Positions 18,797-27,597 of a stretch of 32,000 nucleotides of DNA are shown here, one piece after another (the stretch's first letter is position 1; each line of letters starts with the position of its first letter). The DNA lies in contig NC_020409.1 in assembly GCF_000341895.1 (NCBI RefSeq), forward strand, positions 1 to 32,000, read 5' to 3'. A model generated the notes under the pieces. It was given only the letters and a program-made list of their open reading frames with translations. It searched no databases and was not told where the DNA came from. Both the position numbers and the translations under genes were made by a program. Source of the DNA: Pseudodesulfovibrio piezophilus C1TLV30. GTDB taxonomy: Bacteria; Desulfobacterota; Desulfovibrionia; Desulfovibrionales; Desulfovibrionaceae.

Positions 18797-18819
18797 AAGG
18801 CCGGAGACCGTCCGGCCTT
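18797..18819 (-). terminator. Strong hairpin just after the CMD-like gene (weak or atypical terminator)
   Basis: 9-bp stem aaggccgga/tccggcctt with loop gaccg, 8 nt beyond the stop. There is no clear U-tract on the minus strand. Confidence 0.3.
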
Positions 18820-18826
18820 ACAGGAG

Positions 18827-19339
18827 TTATTTGGAAAACGCGCCAACAACTATTCCAAGGGTCGCCATCTGAGCGGCATAGGCTGTGCTTTCAAAAATCT
18901 GTGAGTCAGTCCAACCGTGCTCTCTGGCAGTATTGATGTCAGCACTACAAACGCTTTCCGGCTTTGTCATTGCCTTACTTATCAGAGCGAGGAGAGAAGC
19001 CTCTTTGGCTTCAAAAGCTTGGTACGGATCGGTAATCAGCGCATCTATTTCTTCTTCACTCAGTCCCATGGAGCCAAGTATATCTTTGTTATATGTCGCG
19101 CAGTATCCGAAGCAGGTATTTATGGAGCCGATATAACGCATGGCTGCCAATAATTCCGGTTCATATTCGCCATCTTTCATGATCGTTTGCAGTATCTCCA
19201 TTTGTTTTTCCAAATACCGTGGGCTTGCGCTGTATAATTGCATCGGTTCCGGGACAGGGCGTCCTGTGGGAATCATCGAATAGATTTCCTTGATTTTTCC
19301 TTCTGCTTTCTCTGGGGTGATGTAATCGATAAGAAACAT
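18827..19339 (-). CDS. Carboxymuconolactone decarboxylase/AhpD-like family protein
   Basis: About 170 aa, all-helical composition, Cys pair in NTCFGYCATYN, and pairing with an upstream TetR regulator. The assignment is by resemblance only. Confidence 0.5.
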   Translation of the reverse strand: MFLIDYITPEKAEGKIKEIYSMIPTGRPVPEPMQLYSASPRYLEKQMEILQTIMKDGEYEPELLAAMRYIGSINTCFGYCATYNKDILGSMGLSEEEIDALITDPYQAFEAKEASLLALISKAMTKPESVCSADINTAREHGWTDSQIFESTAYAAQMATLGIVVGAFSK

Positions 19340-19362
19340 GGTATCTCCTAAGTTTGTTGTAG

Positions 19363-19377
19363 TAGACCGGTCGTCTA
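19363..19377. promoter_or_regulatory. Palindromic operator copy 1 (TAGAC-N5-GTCTA) upstream of the CMD-like gene
   Basis: tagaccggtcgtcta lies 24 nt upstream of the ATG at 19339. It overlaps a TATAGA -10-like element on the minus strand. Near-identical to the site at 20009-20025. Confidence 0.45.
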
Positions 19378-19411
19378 TAATGTTGGTAAAAAAAGATAAA
19401 CTAAAAAACAG

Positions 19412-19990
19412 TTATTTTCGCAAGATGGTGCCAAAAATAAAGGAATAGAATATGGAAAGAGGTTCGTCATCTTCTGTCGCTTTCATCCTGATGAGAGCTC
19501 CGTGCCATGCTTCGATAATAAAAATGGCTGTTGTTCGAGTGTTGAGTTTTGGCGTGTCTCCTCTTTCGATGGATTCTTTCAAAAGGGACTCGATGGTTGT
19601 GGCCATACCATCCAGAGATTGCTTGAGTTTGAAACGAAAAGCTTCGCTTAGGTCGCCCATCTCCTGAGTCAGGTTGCCTATAGGGCATCCACGTTTATAG
19701 CCGTTTGATTTCATGATATCATGGTAATGCTGAAAAAAATGTCTCATGCGAACAAGTGGAGGGATCGATTGATCTGAGAGGATTATCAGGACTGACTCTC
19801 TAAACCGCTCTTTATAATAGTCTATCACCTCTATGCCGAATTGTTCCTTGTTCTTGAAATAGAAATAAAAGGAGCCTTTCGGAACTTGAGCCGCAGCAAG
19901 GATATCCTTCAGTCCGGTATTGTTGAATCCTTGTTTATGGATCAACTCGGCTCCTGCTTTGATGATGCGTTGTTTTGTTTTTTCACTCAT
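19412..19990 (-). CDS. TetR/AcrR family transcriptional regulator
   Basis: N-terminal HTH region TKQRIIKAGAELIHKQGFNNTGLKDILAAAQVPKGSFYFYFKNKEQF. The track start at 20002 sits only 7 nt from the operator, so the ATG at 19990 (MSEKT) is preferred. Confidence 0.88.
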   Translation of the reverse strand: MSEKTKQRIIKAGAELIHKQGFNNTGLKDILAAAQVPKGSFYFYFKNKEQFGIEVIDYYKERFRESVLIILSDQSIPPLVRMRHFFQHYHDIMKSNGYKRGCPIGNLTQEMGDLSEAFRFKLKQSLDGMATTIESLLKESIERGDTPKLNTRTTAIFIIEAWHGALIRMKATEDDEPLSIFYSFIFGTILRK

Positions 19991-20008
19991 AAGCTTTCCC
20001 ATTTGTCA

Positions 20009-20025
20009 CTAGACCGATCGTCTAG
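20009..20025. promoter_or_regulatory. Palindromic operator copy 2 (CTAGAC-N5-GTCTAG) in the tetR / GGDEF divergent region
   Basis: ctagaccgatcgtctag. On the minus strand it sits immediately downstream of a TTGACA hexamer (20035-20030), the classic position for TetR autorepression. Confidence 0.45.
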
Positions 20026-20088
20026 CCCCTGTCAACAGGAAAGATAACAGGCATGGAATAAGAGGTGGAATGAGGTTATCAGGGGTAT

Positions 20089-21171
20089 ATGAATCCTTTG
20101 TGCGAATATGATTCAGGAGCGGATATGGGCAATGGTATCCTTTGGGACATTTGTACGGCCTGCTTGAAAGTCGGGCAAATAACCTGTCGAGTCTATGGTT
20201 TTTTTCAGGCGTCGGCTCAGGATGATGCATTACAGACTTTTTGGGGGAAGATGCTTGAAGGAGAAAAACAGCTCGTGGTGTTTTGGGAGTCATTGCTTCC
20301 TCTTATTCAAGCTGGGATGATTCCGGACATCTTCGATGACCCGGAGAGAATCCAGAAGGAGTTGACCCGGCATCATGAGCGGGCCATGGGATTTTCATCG
20401 AATCTTGCGACCGAAATGGCTCCCAAGGATATGTTCATACTTGCTTTTCGTCTTGAGTATTATTTGCTGTACCCTGTTTTTGAAATCTTGTTCGACTTTG
20501 CCAGAGAGCTTCGATTGGTTTCAGCTTCAGGAGGAAACTGGGGTGACCCCAAGTCTCATGTGAGTGATCTGTTTGAAGGAGTCACCCGTTTTTGTGGAGC
20601 ATCGCCAGAAATGGAATTGTTGGGTGAGACCATGAAGATGTTATGGATGGAGAACAGACGATTGGCGACAACGATTAATACTGATCCGCTGACCGGATTG
20701 ATGAACAAGCGTGGCTTTTTCAATGCCTCAAAGCCTTTGATGGATTTAGCGCTCAGAGATCGAAAGAATATCGGACTGATTCTTGCCGATCTTGATGATT
20801 TCAAGAAATTCAACGCTCTCTACGGACAACAGGCTGGAGATAAGCTGCTCAAAAGCATTGGCTCTGCTTTGCGGCAGGTTGTGCGCTCTTCGGATCTGGT
20901 TACCCGGTTTGGGGGGGAGGAATTCATGATTCTGTTTTATGCCATTGAGCATTGTCATTTAGATGATATGGCAGCAAAAATTGCCAAAACCATTCAAGCA
21001 TGCAGTTCTGACGGGCAGGGATGTACAGCAAGCGTGGGGGCTGCGACGTTAATGTCGGGTAAGGCTGAAGTCGGGACGTGTTGTGTCAATCTGGAAGAAG
21101 TTCTGTCCGTGGCTGCGAAAAATCTTGAAAAGGCCAAGGAGACTGGAGAAGGGGGCGTGGTTGTTTCATGA
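20089..21171 (+). CDS. Diguanylate cyclase (GGDEF) with uncharacterised N-terminal cytosolic domain
   Basis: TDPLTGLMNKRGF, ADLDDFKKFNALYG, and the active-site GGEEF. An RxxD I-site (RSSD) lies exactly 5 residues upstream of GGEEF. The ATG at 20125, preceded by AGGAG, is the more likely start. Confidence 0.88.
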   Translation: MNPLCEYDSGADMGNGILWDICTACLKVGQITCRVYGFFQASAQDDALQTFWGKMLEGEKQLVVFWESLLPLIQAGMIPDIFDDPERIQKELTRHHERAMGFSSNLATEMAPKDMFILAFRLEYYLLYPVFEILFDFARELRLVSASGGNWGDPKSHVSDLFEGVTRFCGASPEMELLGETMKMLWMENRRLATTINTDPLTGLMNKRGFFNASKPLMDLALRDRKNIGLILADLDDFKKFNALYGQQAGDKLLKSIGSALRQVVRSSDLVTRFGGEEFMILFYAIEHCHLDDMAAKIAKTIQACSSDGQGCTASVGAATLMSGKAEVGTCCVNLEEVLSVAAKNLEKAKETGEGGVVVS

Positions 21172-21186
21172 CCATCCCTTCTTCAC

Positions 21187-21221
21187 AAAAAAAGGGAGAC
21201 CGACACATCGGTCTCCCTTTT
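21187..21221. terminator. Bidirectional intrinsic terminator between the GGDEF gene and the convergent M16 peptidase gene
   Basis: 10-bp stem gggagaccga/tcggtctccc with loop caca, flanked by A7 and T4. Confidence 0.8.
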
Positions 21222-21225
21222 GGGA

Positions 21226-23910
21226 TTATGGTGTGACTTTCATCATGTACGCCTTGTTCGGGTCGAGATAATCCCGAACAAGCTCCTGAATCTCTTTTGG
21301 AGTCACTGTTTTTGCGCGTTCGATTATATCGTGCTCGTAGTCCCGGTCAAACCCTCTGGTAAGAAGGCTCGCGGCCTGGCGGCTACGGGAGAGGAGCGAC
21401 TGGTGCTCCTGATAGTAATCTCCAACCAGAATATTTCTGGCACGGGCAAGCTCCTCCTCCGGCAGTGGCTTGGCAGTCAGGTCCGCCAGCACTTTGTTGA
21501 ATCCTTGCAGCGAGGCTTCCACCTTGTCCGGCCCGGTTCCTATGTAAAGTGCCATGAATCCGGTGTTCTTGCTTTGCCACAACATAGCGGTGACTGTGTA
21601 AGCCAACCCTTGTTTATCTCTCAGGTCTCGGAAAAGCAGACCAGACTGGCCGGAAAGGGCAGCCTTGAGCAGCTCCAGGCGGGCGGAGGTGTCTCGGTCC
21701 GATTGACCCGGAGTCGGGAAAACCATCAAGATGTGTGATTGGTTACGATCAGGAAGGTGCAGTGTCCGTTCCCGTTCGGTATTCCATTCCGGTGTCGTGA
21801 ATTCATACCCATTGCCCGGCGCTGTCAGCGTCTGCGATATATCGCTGGAAAACGCTTTGATCATTTCAGAGTCAAATTGTCCGCAGACTGCAATGGTAAA
21901 GGGATGCATGGATTGTCTGCCCCAGAAGCGCATGATGTCGCTCTGGGAGAGTTGCTCCACTTCTTCCGGTGTCCCCTGATGCAGTAGTGCATAAGGGCCT
22001 GTTTTGAAAAGAAATGGGAAAAGCTGTCTGAAAGCAAGGCCGAGCGGGCGGTCTTCGCGACGCTTGATTCCGGCGATCTGATCCTGTTTGGCGCGTTCAA
22101 TTTCCTTGGCGTCAAAGGCGGGCGCAGTCAGAACCTCACGTATCAGCGGCAAAATCTTGTCTGTGAAACGAACTGGATATTTTGTTTCAAGAGCGAAGAC
22201 ATTTCGTCCGGCGCTGGAACCGATCGACGCAGCATGGTCAGACAGGAAATCCTGAATTTCTGTAGCCGACATGTTCATTGTGCCACGAGTGAGGGATTTG
22301 GCAGTTAGAGCGGCCAATCCCTGTTGATCGGGGGATAACTCTCCATCGCCACCAGTCCAATATATGGACATGGCGGTATAAGGCAGGGTTGCATCCGGCA
22401 GTAGGACAAGCTTGTTGCCTCCTGGCAGTTCCACCACCTGTTCCGCTGTATCCATTTTGTGAATCTGTGTCTTTTGAATATTGTCTTGAGTCGACCAGAG
22501 AGACTGTGTCACGGATACCATTTTTTCAGGTGAGAGCTCACTTGATTCGGGAACAAGGACAGCAGTCGCAAGTTGTTCTGGGCGGATGTATTTTGCATAG
22601 AGAGTTTTCATTTCCTCGCGGGTCACCTGGCTCAATGCAAATAGATAATTTTTTTCAGCCTGTTCACCGTTTTCGAAGAATTGAAAGTAACCGGTTTTAC
22701 TTGCCAGTCCCGAGAGTGTTTCCTTGGCCAGAAACATGGAGTCTTCCAGGTTGAGCCGGGCACGTTCTATCTCTCTGTCAGAAAAACTCGTGGCGTCAAA
22801 GGATGATAGTTCTGCCATAAATTCTGCCCAGAATTGATCGACCTTATCAGCGTCGAGGGTGGCATTAACATAGAGCATCCCCCCTCGCTCAAGGGCAAGA
22901 GGAGATACTGAAATATCGTCAACTAACTGTTTTTCATATTTGAATTTTCGATAGAGACGGGAGGAATCATCTCCGCCCATGAGTTGTGAGAGCAGTTCCA
23001 ATCCAGCCATCTCGGCAGAAGTGCCGTGTGGAATGGGAAAAGCGGCTCCAAGATAAACCTTGTTCCATTTGCCAGGCAGTTTGACCACTTGAGGACCGTG
23101 TCCAGTCGCGGGGATGGTGATGGTTTCAGGCGGCGTGACGGTTTTGGTGTTCGAAAGGTGACCGAGTAGTCGTTGTGCTTCAGCCAGGACCTGATCAGGG
23201 TCAACTTTGCCGACCACGGCGAGCAGCATGGACTGAGGCTGATAGAAGTCTTTTATATACTGCTTGATGTCCTTGTGGGTGAATGAAGAGACCGTCTCAC
23301 GGGAGCCGATAATGGGCCATTCATAGCTGGTCCCTTTCCAGATCATGCCTTGAAGTGTCTTGAACAGCTTGTTGCCGGGAGTATCTTCACCCCGCTCGAG
23401 CTCTTCCAGAACAACTTTTTTTTCGCTTTTCAATTCGTCAGGATCAATGGTCGGGTTGAAAGCCATATCGGTAATGACATCAAGTCCCAGCTTCCATGAT
23501 GAGTCAGGAACTTCAACATAAAATACGGTATAATCAAAACTGGTCGCCGCATTCATGGAACCGCCGACAGATTCGATGTCACGGGCAGACTGCCCCAGTC
23601 CCCGTTTTTTGGTGCCTTTGAAAACCATATGTTCCAGAAGATGGCTGATTCCCGCGAGCTGGGGAGTCTCGTAGGCACTGCCAGCATGGACGTAGAGCCG
23701 GGCATTGACCAGGGGAAAGCGATCATCCTGTTTGATGAGAACAGTCAAGCCGTTTTGTAATTTGATGATATGTGTGTCTCCATCGTGTGTCTCGCTCAGG
23801 CTCGGGAGCGTCGGGGCCACTTCTGGTGATGTGATTTTTTTGTTCATGGTAGTTTGGCAACTGGTCAGGAGCATGAGCAATCCCCCCAGCAGAAGTGCTT
23901 TTCGAAACAT
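21226..23910 (-). CDS. Tandem M16 (pitrilysin-family) zinc peptidase, predicted lipoprotein
   Basis: HLLEHMVFKGT (HxxEH) in the first half. The second M16-like half lacks HxxEH. Signal peptide with lipobox LLTSC. GGAGAA RBS. Confidence 0.88.
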   Translation of the reverse strand: MFRKALLLGGLLMLLTSCQTTMNKKITSPEVAPTLPSLSETHDGDTHIIKLQNGLTVLIKQDDRFPLVNARLYVHAGSAYETPQLAGISHLLEHMVFKGTKKRGLGQSARDIESVGGSMNAATSFDYTVFYVEVPDSSWKLGLDVITDMAFNPTIDPDELKSEKKVVLEELERGEDTPGNKLFKTLQGMIWKGTSYEWPIIGSRETVSSFTHKDIKQYIKDFYQPQSMLLAVVGKVDPDQVLAEAQRLLGHLSNTKTVTPPETITIPATGHGPQVVKLPGKWNKVYLGAAFPIPHGTSAEMAGLELLSQLMGGDDSSRLYRKFKYEKQLVDDISVSPLALERGGMLYVNATLDADKVDQFWAEFMAELSSFDATSFSDREIERARLNLEDSMFLAKETLSGLASKTGYFQFFENGEQAEKNYLFALSQVTREEMKTLYAKYIRPEQLATAVLVPESSELSPEKMVSVTQSLWSTQDNIQKTQIHKMDTAEQVVELPGGNKLVLLPDATLPYTAMSIYWTGGDGELSPDQQGLAALTAKSLTRGTMNMSATEIQDFLSDHAASIGSSAGRNVFALETKYPVRFTDKILPLIREVLTAPAFDAKEIERAKQDQIAGIKRREDRPLGLAFRQLFPFLFKTGPYALLHQGTPEEVEQLSQSDIMRFWGRQSMHPFTIAVCGQFDSEMIKAFSSDISQTLTAPGNGYEFTTPEWNTERERTLHLPDRNQSHILMVFPTPGQSDRDTSARLELLKAALSGQSGLLFRDLRDKQGLAYTVTAMLWQSKNTGFMALYIGTGPDKVEASLQGFNKVLADLTAKPLPEEELARARNILVGDYYQEHQSLLSRSRQAASLLTRGFDRDYEHDIIERAKTVTPKEIQELVRDYLDPNKAYMMKVTP

Positions 23911-23939
23911 GGTGATTCTCCATTAAAGTCGTTCGCAAC

Positions 23940-23959
23940 TCGAGTCGAGTCGAGTCGAA
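23940..23959. repeat. Pentanucleotide tandem repeat (TCGAG)x3 + TCGAA
   Basis: tcgagtcgagtcgagtcgaa read directly, 30-50 nt upstream of the M16 peptidase start codon. Confidence 0.85.
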
Positions 23960-24355
23960 TCTTTTTTCTCAGTTCGATCATACGTAGATAAATCTCTTTT
24001 TAGTCATGGCAAGCGGATATTTACCTGAATATTGTCCCGCGCAAGGGCGAACCCTAACTGAGGCTTTCATAAATGGAAACCGCTATCCGGAAAAACACCA
24101 TGATTTTGTCTGTGAAGTGGGGGATGGTTGGGAGAAATGATGTGGGGTCAAGGAAAGCAGTGGTTGCTTCTCTCTGTTACACGATGGAGATGCTTTATTT
24201 GCCGAAGTATGGCAGGAGTACGCTTTGGATAAAATCATGGAAAGTTTGTTGTAAGCATCTGGAAAAGAGGGAGTCTGTTGACATTAATTTGTTGTCATGC
24301 ATAGGGTTTACCGATTGTTGTCGAATCTTTTTGTTTAACCCAAGGAAGGTGGTGC

Positions 24356-25006
24356 ATGTCTGTCAGTTACGCGCCTGCTGGGAAGCCGGGTAAATGGGAT
24401 GGTGTGATGGACTGGTGTCAGATGCTCTCTGGTGCCGGGTTGATACTGTTTATGTGGTGTCACATGCTTCTGGTATCAAGTGTTGTCATCAGCCCTGATC
24501 TCATGGATTATATTGCTGAATTTTTTGAATCAACAGGTATGGCACAAGTGGGCGGCCCAGTCATTTTTCTTGTTTTTCTGACCCATTTCGTGCTTGCGGC
24601 CAGGAAAATACCCTTTCGCTTTGATGGGCAGAAGGTCGCGTGGCAGCATGCTAGAATGATGCGGCATGGCGATACGTGGTTATGGCTGGTTCAGGTCCTT
24701 TCGGCCATGATTATTCTCATCATGGGTTCAATTCACATATGGGTGGTTCTGACAGACCTGCCTATTTCCGCCATGAAATCTGCTGCTCGAGTTCAAAGTG
24801 GCTTTTGGGCTATTTTCTATCTCGTTCTACTCCCATTGATTGAACTGCATGTCGGGATTGGTTTTTATCGTATTGCGGTGAAATGGGGATTTGTGAAAGA
24901 TTCCCAGCGTGCCAGGTTCAAGCGAGGCGAGAATATCCTGACAATGCTGTTCATCGCCATTGGTTTCATCACCTTACTTCGCTTTTTATTTCTGAGTGTG
25001 GCTTAA
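24356..25006 (+). CDS. frdC: Fumarate reductase dihaem cytochrome b subunit (Wolinella type)
   Basis: Five hydrophobic helices. Four spaced His residues (WCHML, LTHFVL, SIHIW, ELHVG) are positioned like the haem ligands of type-B FrdC. Immediately precedes frdA. GGAAGGTGG RBS. Confidence 0.82.
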   Translation: MSVSYAPAGKPGKWDGVMDWCQMLSGAGLILFMWCHMLLVSSVVISPDLMDYIAEFFESTGMAQVGGPVIFLVFLTHFVLAARKIPFRFDGQKVAWQHARMMRHGDTWLWLVQVLSAMIILIMGSIHIWVVLTDLPISAMKSAARVQSGFWAIFYLVLLPLIELHVGIGFYRIAVKWGFVKDSQRARFKRGENILTMLFIAIGFITLLRFLFLSVA

Positions 25007-25018
25007 CGGAGAATCATC

Positions 25019-26854
25019 ATGCAGACTATTTACACCGATTTACTTGTTGTGGGAGCGGGGCTGGCCGGTGAACGTGCTGCTGTGGAGGCCGCTGATGCAG
25101 GCTTTTCCGTCACTTGTCTCAGCCTTGTCCCTGCTCGACGGTCCCATTCGTCGGCAGCACAAGGGGGCATGCAGGCTTCACTGGGAAACAGTGTCATGGG
25201 TGAGGGAGACTGTCCTGACGTTCATTTTGCTGACACTGTCAAAGGCTCGGACTGGGGATGTGATCAAGAGGTCGCCCGCATGTTTGCCGATACCGCTCCT
25301 GTTGAGATGCGCCGCTTGGCACATTGGGGAGTGCCTTGGAATCGGGTTGTTTCCGGTAAATCGATTTATTACAAGGGTGGCCAGCAGTTTGAAAAGGTGG
25401 AAAAGACAGAAAAACAGGGGTTGATCATGGCCCGTTCCTTCGGAGGCACTGCCAAATGGCGTACCTGTTACACCTCGGATGGCACAGGGCATGCCGTGAT
25501 GTGTACCATGGATAATCGCTGTGCTCAGGTTGGCGTGGAGGTCCATGATAAAACCGAGGCCATTGGCATGATTCAGGATGGTGAAACCTGTTCCGGTGTG
25601 GTGGCGCGGTGTCTTCGTACCGGAGAGTTGCTCGTTTATCTGTCCAAGGCGACCATGATTGCTTCAGGCGGTTTTGGGCGTGTCTACCCTAATACGACAA
25701 ATGCTGTGATCTGCGACGGTGGGGCGCATACGCTCTGCATCGATACCGGAGTGGTTCCCATGGGAAACATGGAGGCGGTACAGTTCCATCCTACCGGGAT
25801 TGTTCCTACCGATATTCTGGTCACGGAAGGATGTCGAGGGGATGGGGGAACGCTGTTGGATGTCAATGAGAAACGTTTCATGCATGAATATGAGCCGGAC
25901 AAGGCTGAATTGGCATCGCGTGATGTCGTTTCTCGGTGGATGACCCATCATATGCGCGAGGGCTATGGGGTCAAATCATCCTATGGCGAGCACCTCTGGC
26001 TCGATATCCGTCATTTAGGTAAGGATCATATTACCGGAAAGCTTCGGGAGGTCCATGAAATATGCACATCTTTTCTGGGTGTTGATCCCATACACCAACT
26101 GATTCCCGTGCGACCGACTCAGCATTATTCTATGGGGGGCGTTCGGACCAACAAGGACGGGGCGGTTTACGGGCTCAAAGGGCTTTTTGCCGCAGGAGAA
26201 GCCGCGTGCTGGGATATGCACGGCTTTAACCGGCTTGGTGGGAATTCCCTGGCAGAGACTGTTGTGGCAGGTGGTATCGTAGGGAAAAAAATCACAGAAT
26301 ACCTTCAAGGGAGTGAAACTGTTTTCGATACCGCACTCATCCATAGTGCCGTCTCTCGTCATGAAACAAGGATAGATGCACTGCGAAAGTGTTCTCATGG
26401 TTCCGAGAATGTCTACCGGGTTCGTTCAGCCATGCAGGATGCTTTGAATAAGGGGGCCAATATCTTTCGCAATCAGGAAGGATTGGAGAAATGTGTCGCA
26501 TCTCTTCAGGAGGTTTTAATCCGTGCGAAGCATATCGGGCTTCGTTCTGACGGCAAAGGTGTCAATCCTGAATTGGCTGCGGCACTCAAACTTGAAGGGC
26601 AAGTGCGGATGGCGTTGATGGTTGCTTATGGAGCTCTTATGCGAACGGAATCACGCGGGTCGCATAATCGTGAAGATTTTCCGGCTAGAAATGATCGGGA
26701 TTGGCTGAATCGCACTTTGGCGTATTGGAAGAATCCAGACGACACTCTGCCTACGCTTGAGTACGAATCTGCAACGAAGGTAGTGGAAATTCCACCGGGA
26801 GAGAGAGGATACGGTCACTCAAAGATTATTCGAGCTGATAAGGGGAGGGCATAG
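25019..26854 (+). CDS. frdA: Fumarate reductase / succinate dehydrogenase flavoprotein subunit
   Basis: VVGAGLAGERAA dinucleotide fold, RSHSSAAQGG (covalent FAD His), and the ESRGSHNREDFP motif. Confidence 0.95.
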   Translation: MQTIYTDLLVVGAGLAGERAAVEAADAGFSVTCLSLVPARRSHSSAAQGGMQASLGNSVMGEGDCPDVHFADTVKGSDWGCDQEVARMFADTAPVEMRRLAHWGVPWNRVVSGKSIYYKGGQQFEKVEKTEKQGLIMARSFGGTAKWRTCYTSDGTGHAVMCTMDNRCAQVGVEVHDKTEAIGMIQDGETCSGVVARCLRTGELLVYLSKATMIASGGFGRVYPNTTNAVICDGGAHTLCIDTGVVPMGNMEAVQFHPTGIVPTDILVTEGCRGDGGTLLDVNEKRFMHEYEPDKAELASRDVVSRWMTHHMREGYGVKSSYGEHLWLDIRHLGKDHITGKLREVHEICTSFLGVDPIHQLIPVRPTQHYSMGGVRTNKDGAVYGLKGLFAAGEAACWDMHGFNRLGGNSLAETVVAGGIVGKKITEYLQGSETVFDTALIHSAVSRHETRIDALRKCSHGSENVYRVRSAMQDALNKGANIFRNQEGLEKCVASLQEVLIRAKHIGLRSDGKGVNPELAAALKLEGQVRMALMVAYGALMRTESRGSHNREDFPARNDRDWLNRTLAYWKNPDDTLPTLEYESATKVVEIPPGERGYGHSKIIRADKGRA

Positions 26855-26856
26855 TC

Positions 26857-27597
26857 ATGTCCAGGTTGTTGAAATTCAACATATTCAGATACAATCCGGA
26901 AGAGTCTTCATCACGGCCGAGGATGGAGGAATTTGTTCTCGAAGAAACAGATTCCATGACATTGTTTATCGCCCTGAATCGGCTGCGTGAAGAGCAGGAC
27001 CCGGCACTTCAATTTGATTTTTGTTGTCGGGCCGGTATCTGTGGCTCGTGTGGTATGGTCATCAATGGCCGTCCAGGACTTGCCTGCCATACGAAGACGC
27101 AAGATCTTCCTGGGGAGATCACTCTTTTGCCCCTGCCGGTTTTCAAACTGGTTGGCGATTTGTCTGTAGATACCGGGTCGTGGTTTCGCGAAATGTATAC
27201 ACGAACAGAGTCGTGGATTCACACAGATAAGGCATTTGATCCTTGCGCTCTTGAAGAGCGGATGGAAAACAGGGACGCCATAGCCATTTACGAGCTGGAA
27301 CGGTGTGTTGAGTGTGGGTGTTGTATCTCGGCATGTGGCACAGCTCGTCTGCGTGACGATTTTCTGGGAGCAGCCGGATTGACTCGGGTAGGGCGTTTTC
27401 TCATTGACCCGCGTGATCAGCGTACAAACGATGATCACTATGAAATTATTGGTAATGACATGGGGATCTTCGGGTGTATGGGATTGCTGGCCTGTGAGGA
27501 TGTGTGTCCGAAGCACCTTCCGTTACAGAATCAACTCGGGTTCCTACGCCGCAAAATGGGGATCACATCTCTGAAGCGGCTTTTTTTTAAGGGATAG
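26857..27597 (+). CDS. frdB: Fumarate reductase iron-sulfur subunit
   Basis: Three Cys clusters: CRAGICGSCGMVINGRPGLAC, CVECGCCISAC and CMGLLACEDVCPK. Confidence 0.95.
   Translation: MSRLLKFNIFRYNPEESSSRPRMEEFVLEETDSMTLFIALNRLREEQDPALQFDFCCRAGICGSCGMVINGRPGLACHTKTQDLPGEITLLPLPVFKLVGDLSVDTGSWFREMYTRTESWIHTDKAFDPCALEERMENRDAIAIYELERCVECGCCISACGTARLRDDFLGAAGLTRVGRFLIDPRDQRTNDDHYEIIGNDMGIFGCMGLLACEDVCPKHLPLQNQLGFLRRKMGITSLKRLFFKG

Noticed and set aside
21220-21738. 172-aa plus-strand ORF overlapping the 3-prime end of the M16 peptidase gene
   Set aside because: It is an antisense shadow of a confidently identified gene. It starts inside the bidirectional terminator and has no RBS.
24278-24306. 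TTGACA-17-ATAGGG as the frdC promoter, and TGACA-N9-TGTCA as a regulator site
   Set aside because: The -10 match is poor, and the inverted repeat does not fit any regulator consensus I can name. It is left unannotated rather than over-called.
23954-24332. The 13-nt direct repeats as target-site duplications of a MITE or other insertion
   Set aside because: The ~350 nt between the copies has no terminal inverted repeats and no transposase remnant.
24073-24393. 106-aa ORF upstream of, and overlapping, the frdC start
   Set aside because: The composition is not protein-like (Cys/Trp/Lys-rich, no motifs). It overlaps the frdC RBS and start, and spans the likely promoter region.
26911-27516. 201-aa minus-strand ORF inside frdB
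   Set aside because: It is an antisense shadow. frdB carries all three canonical Fe-S cysteine clusters on the plus strand.
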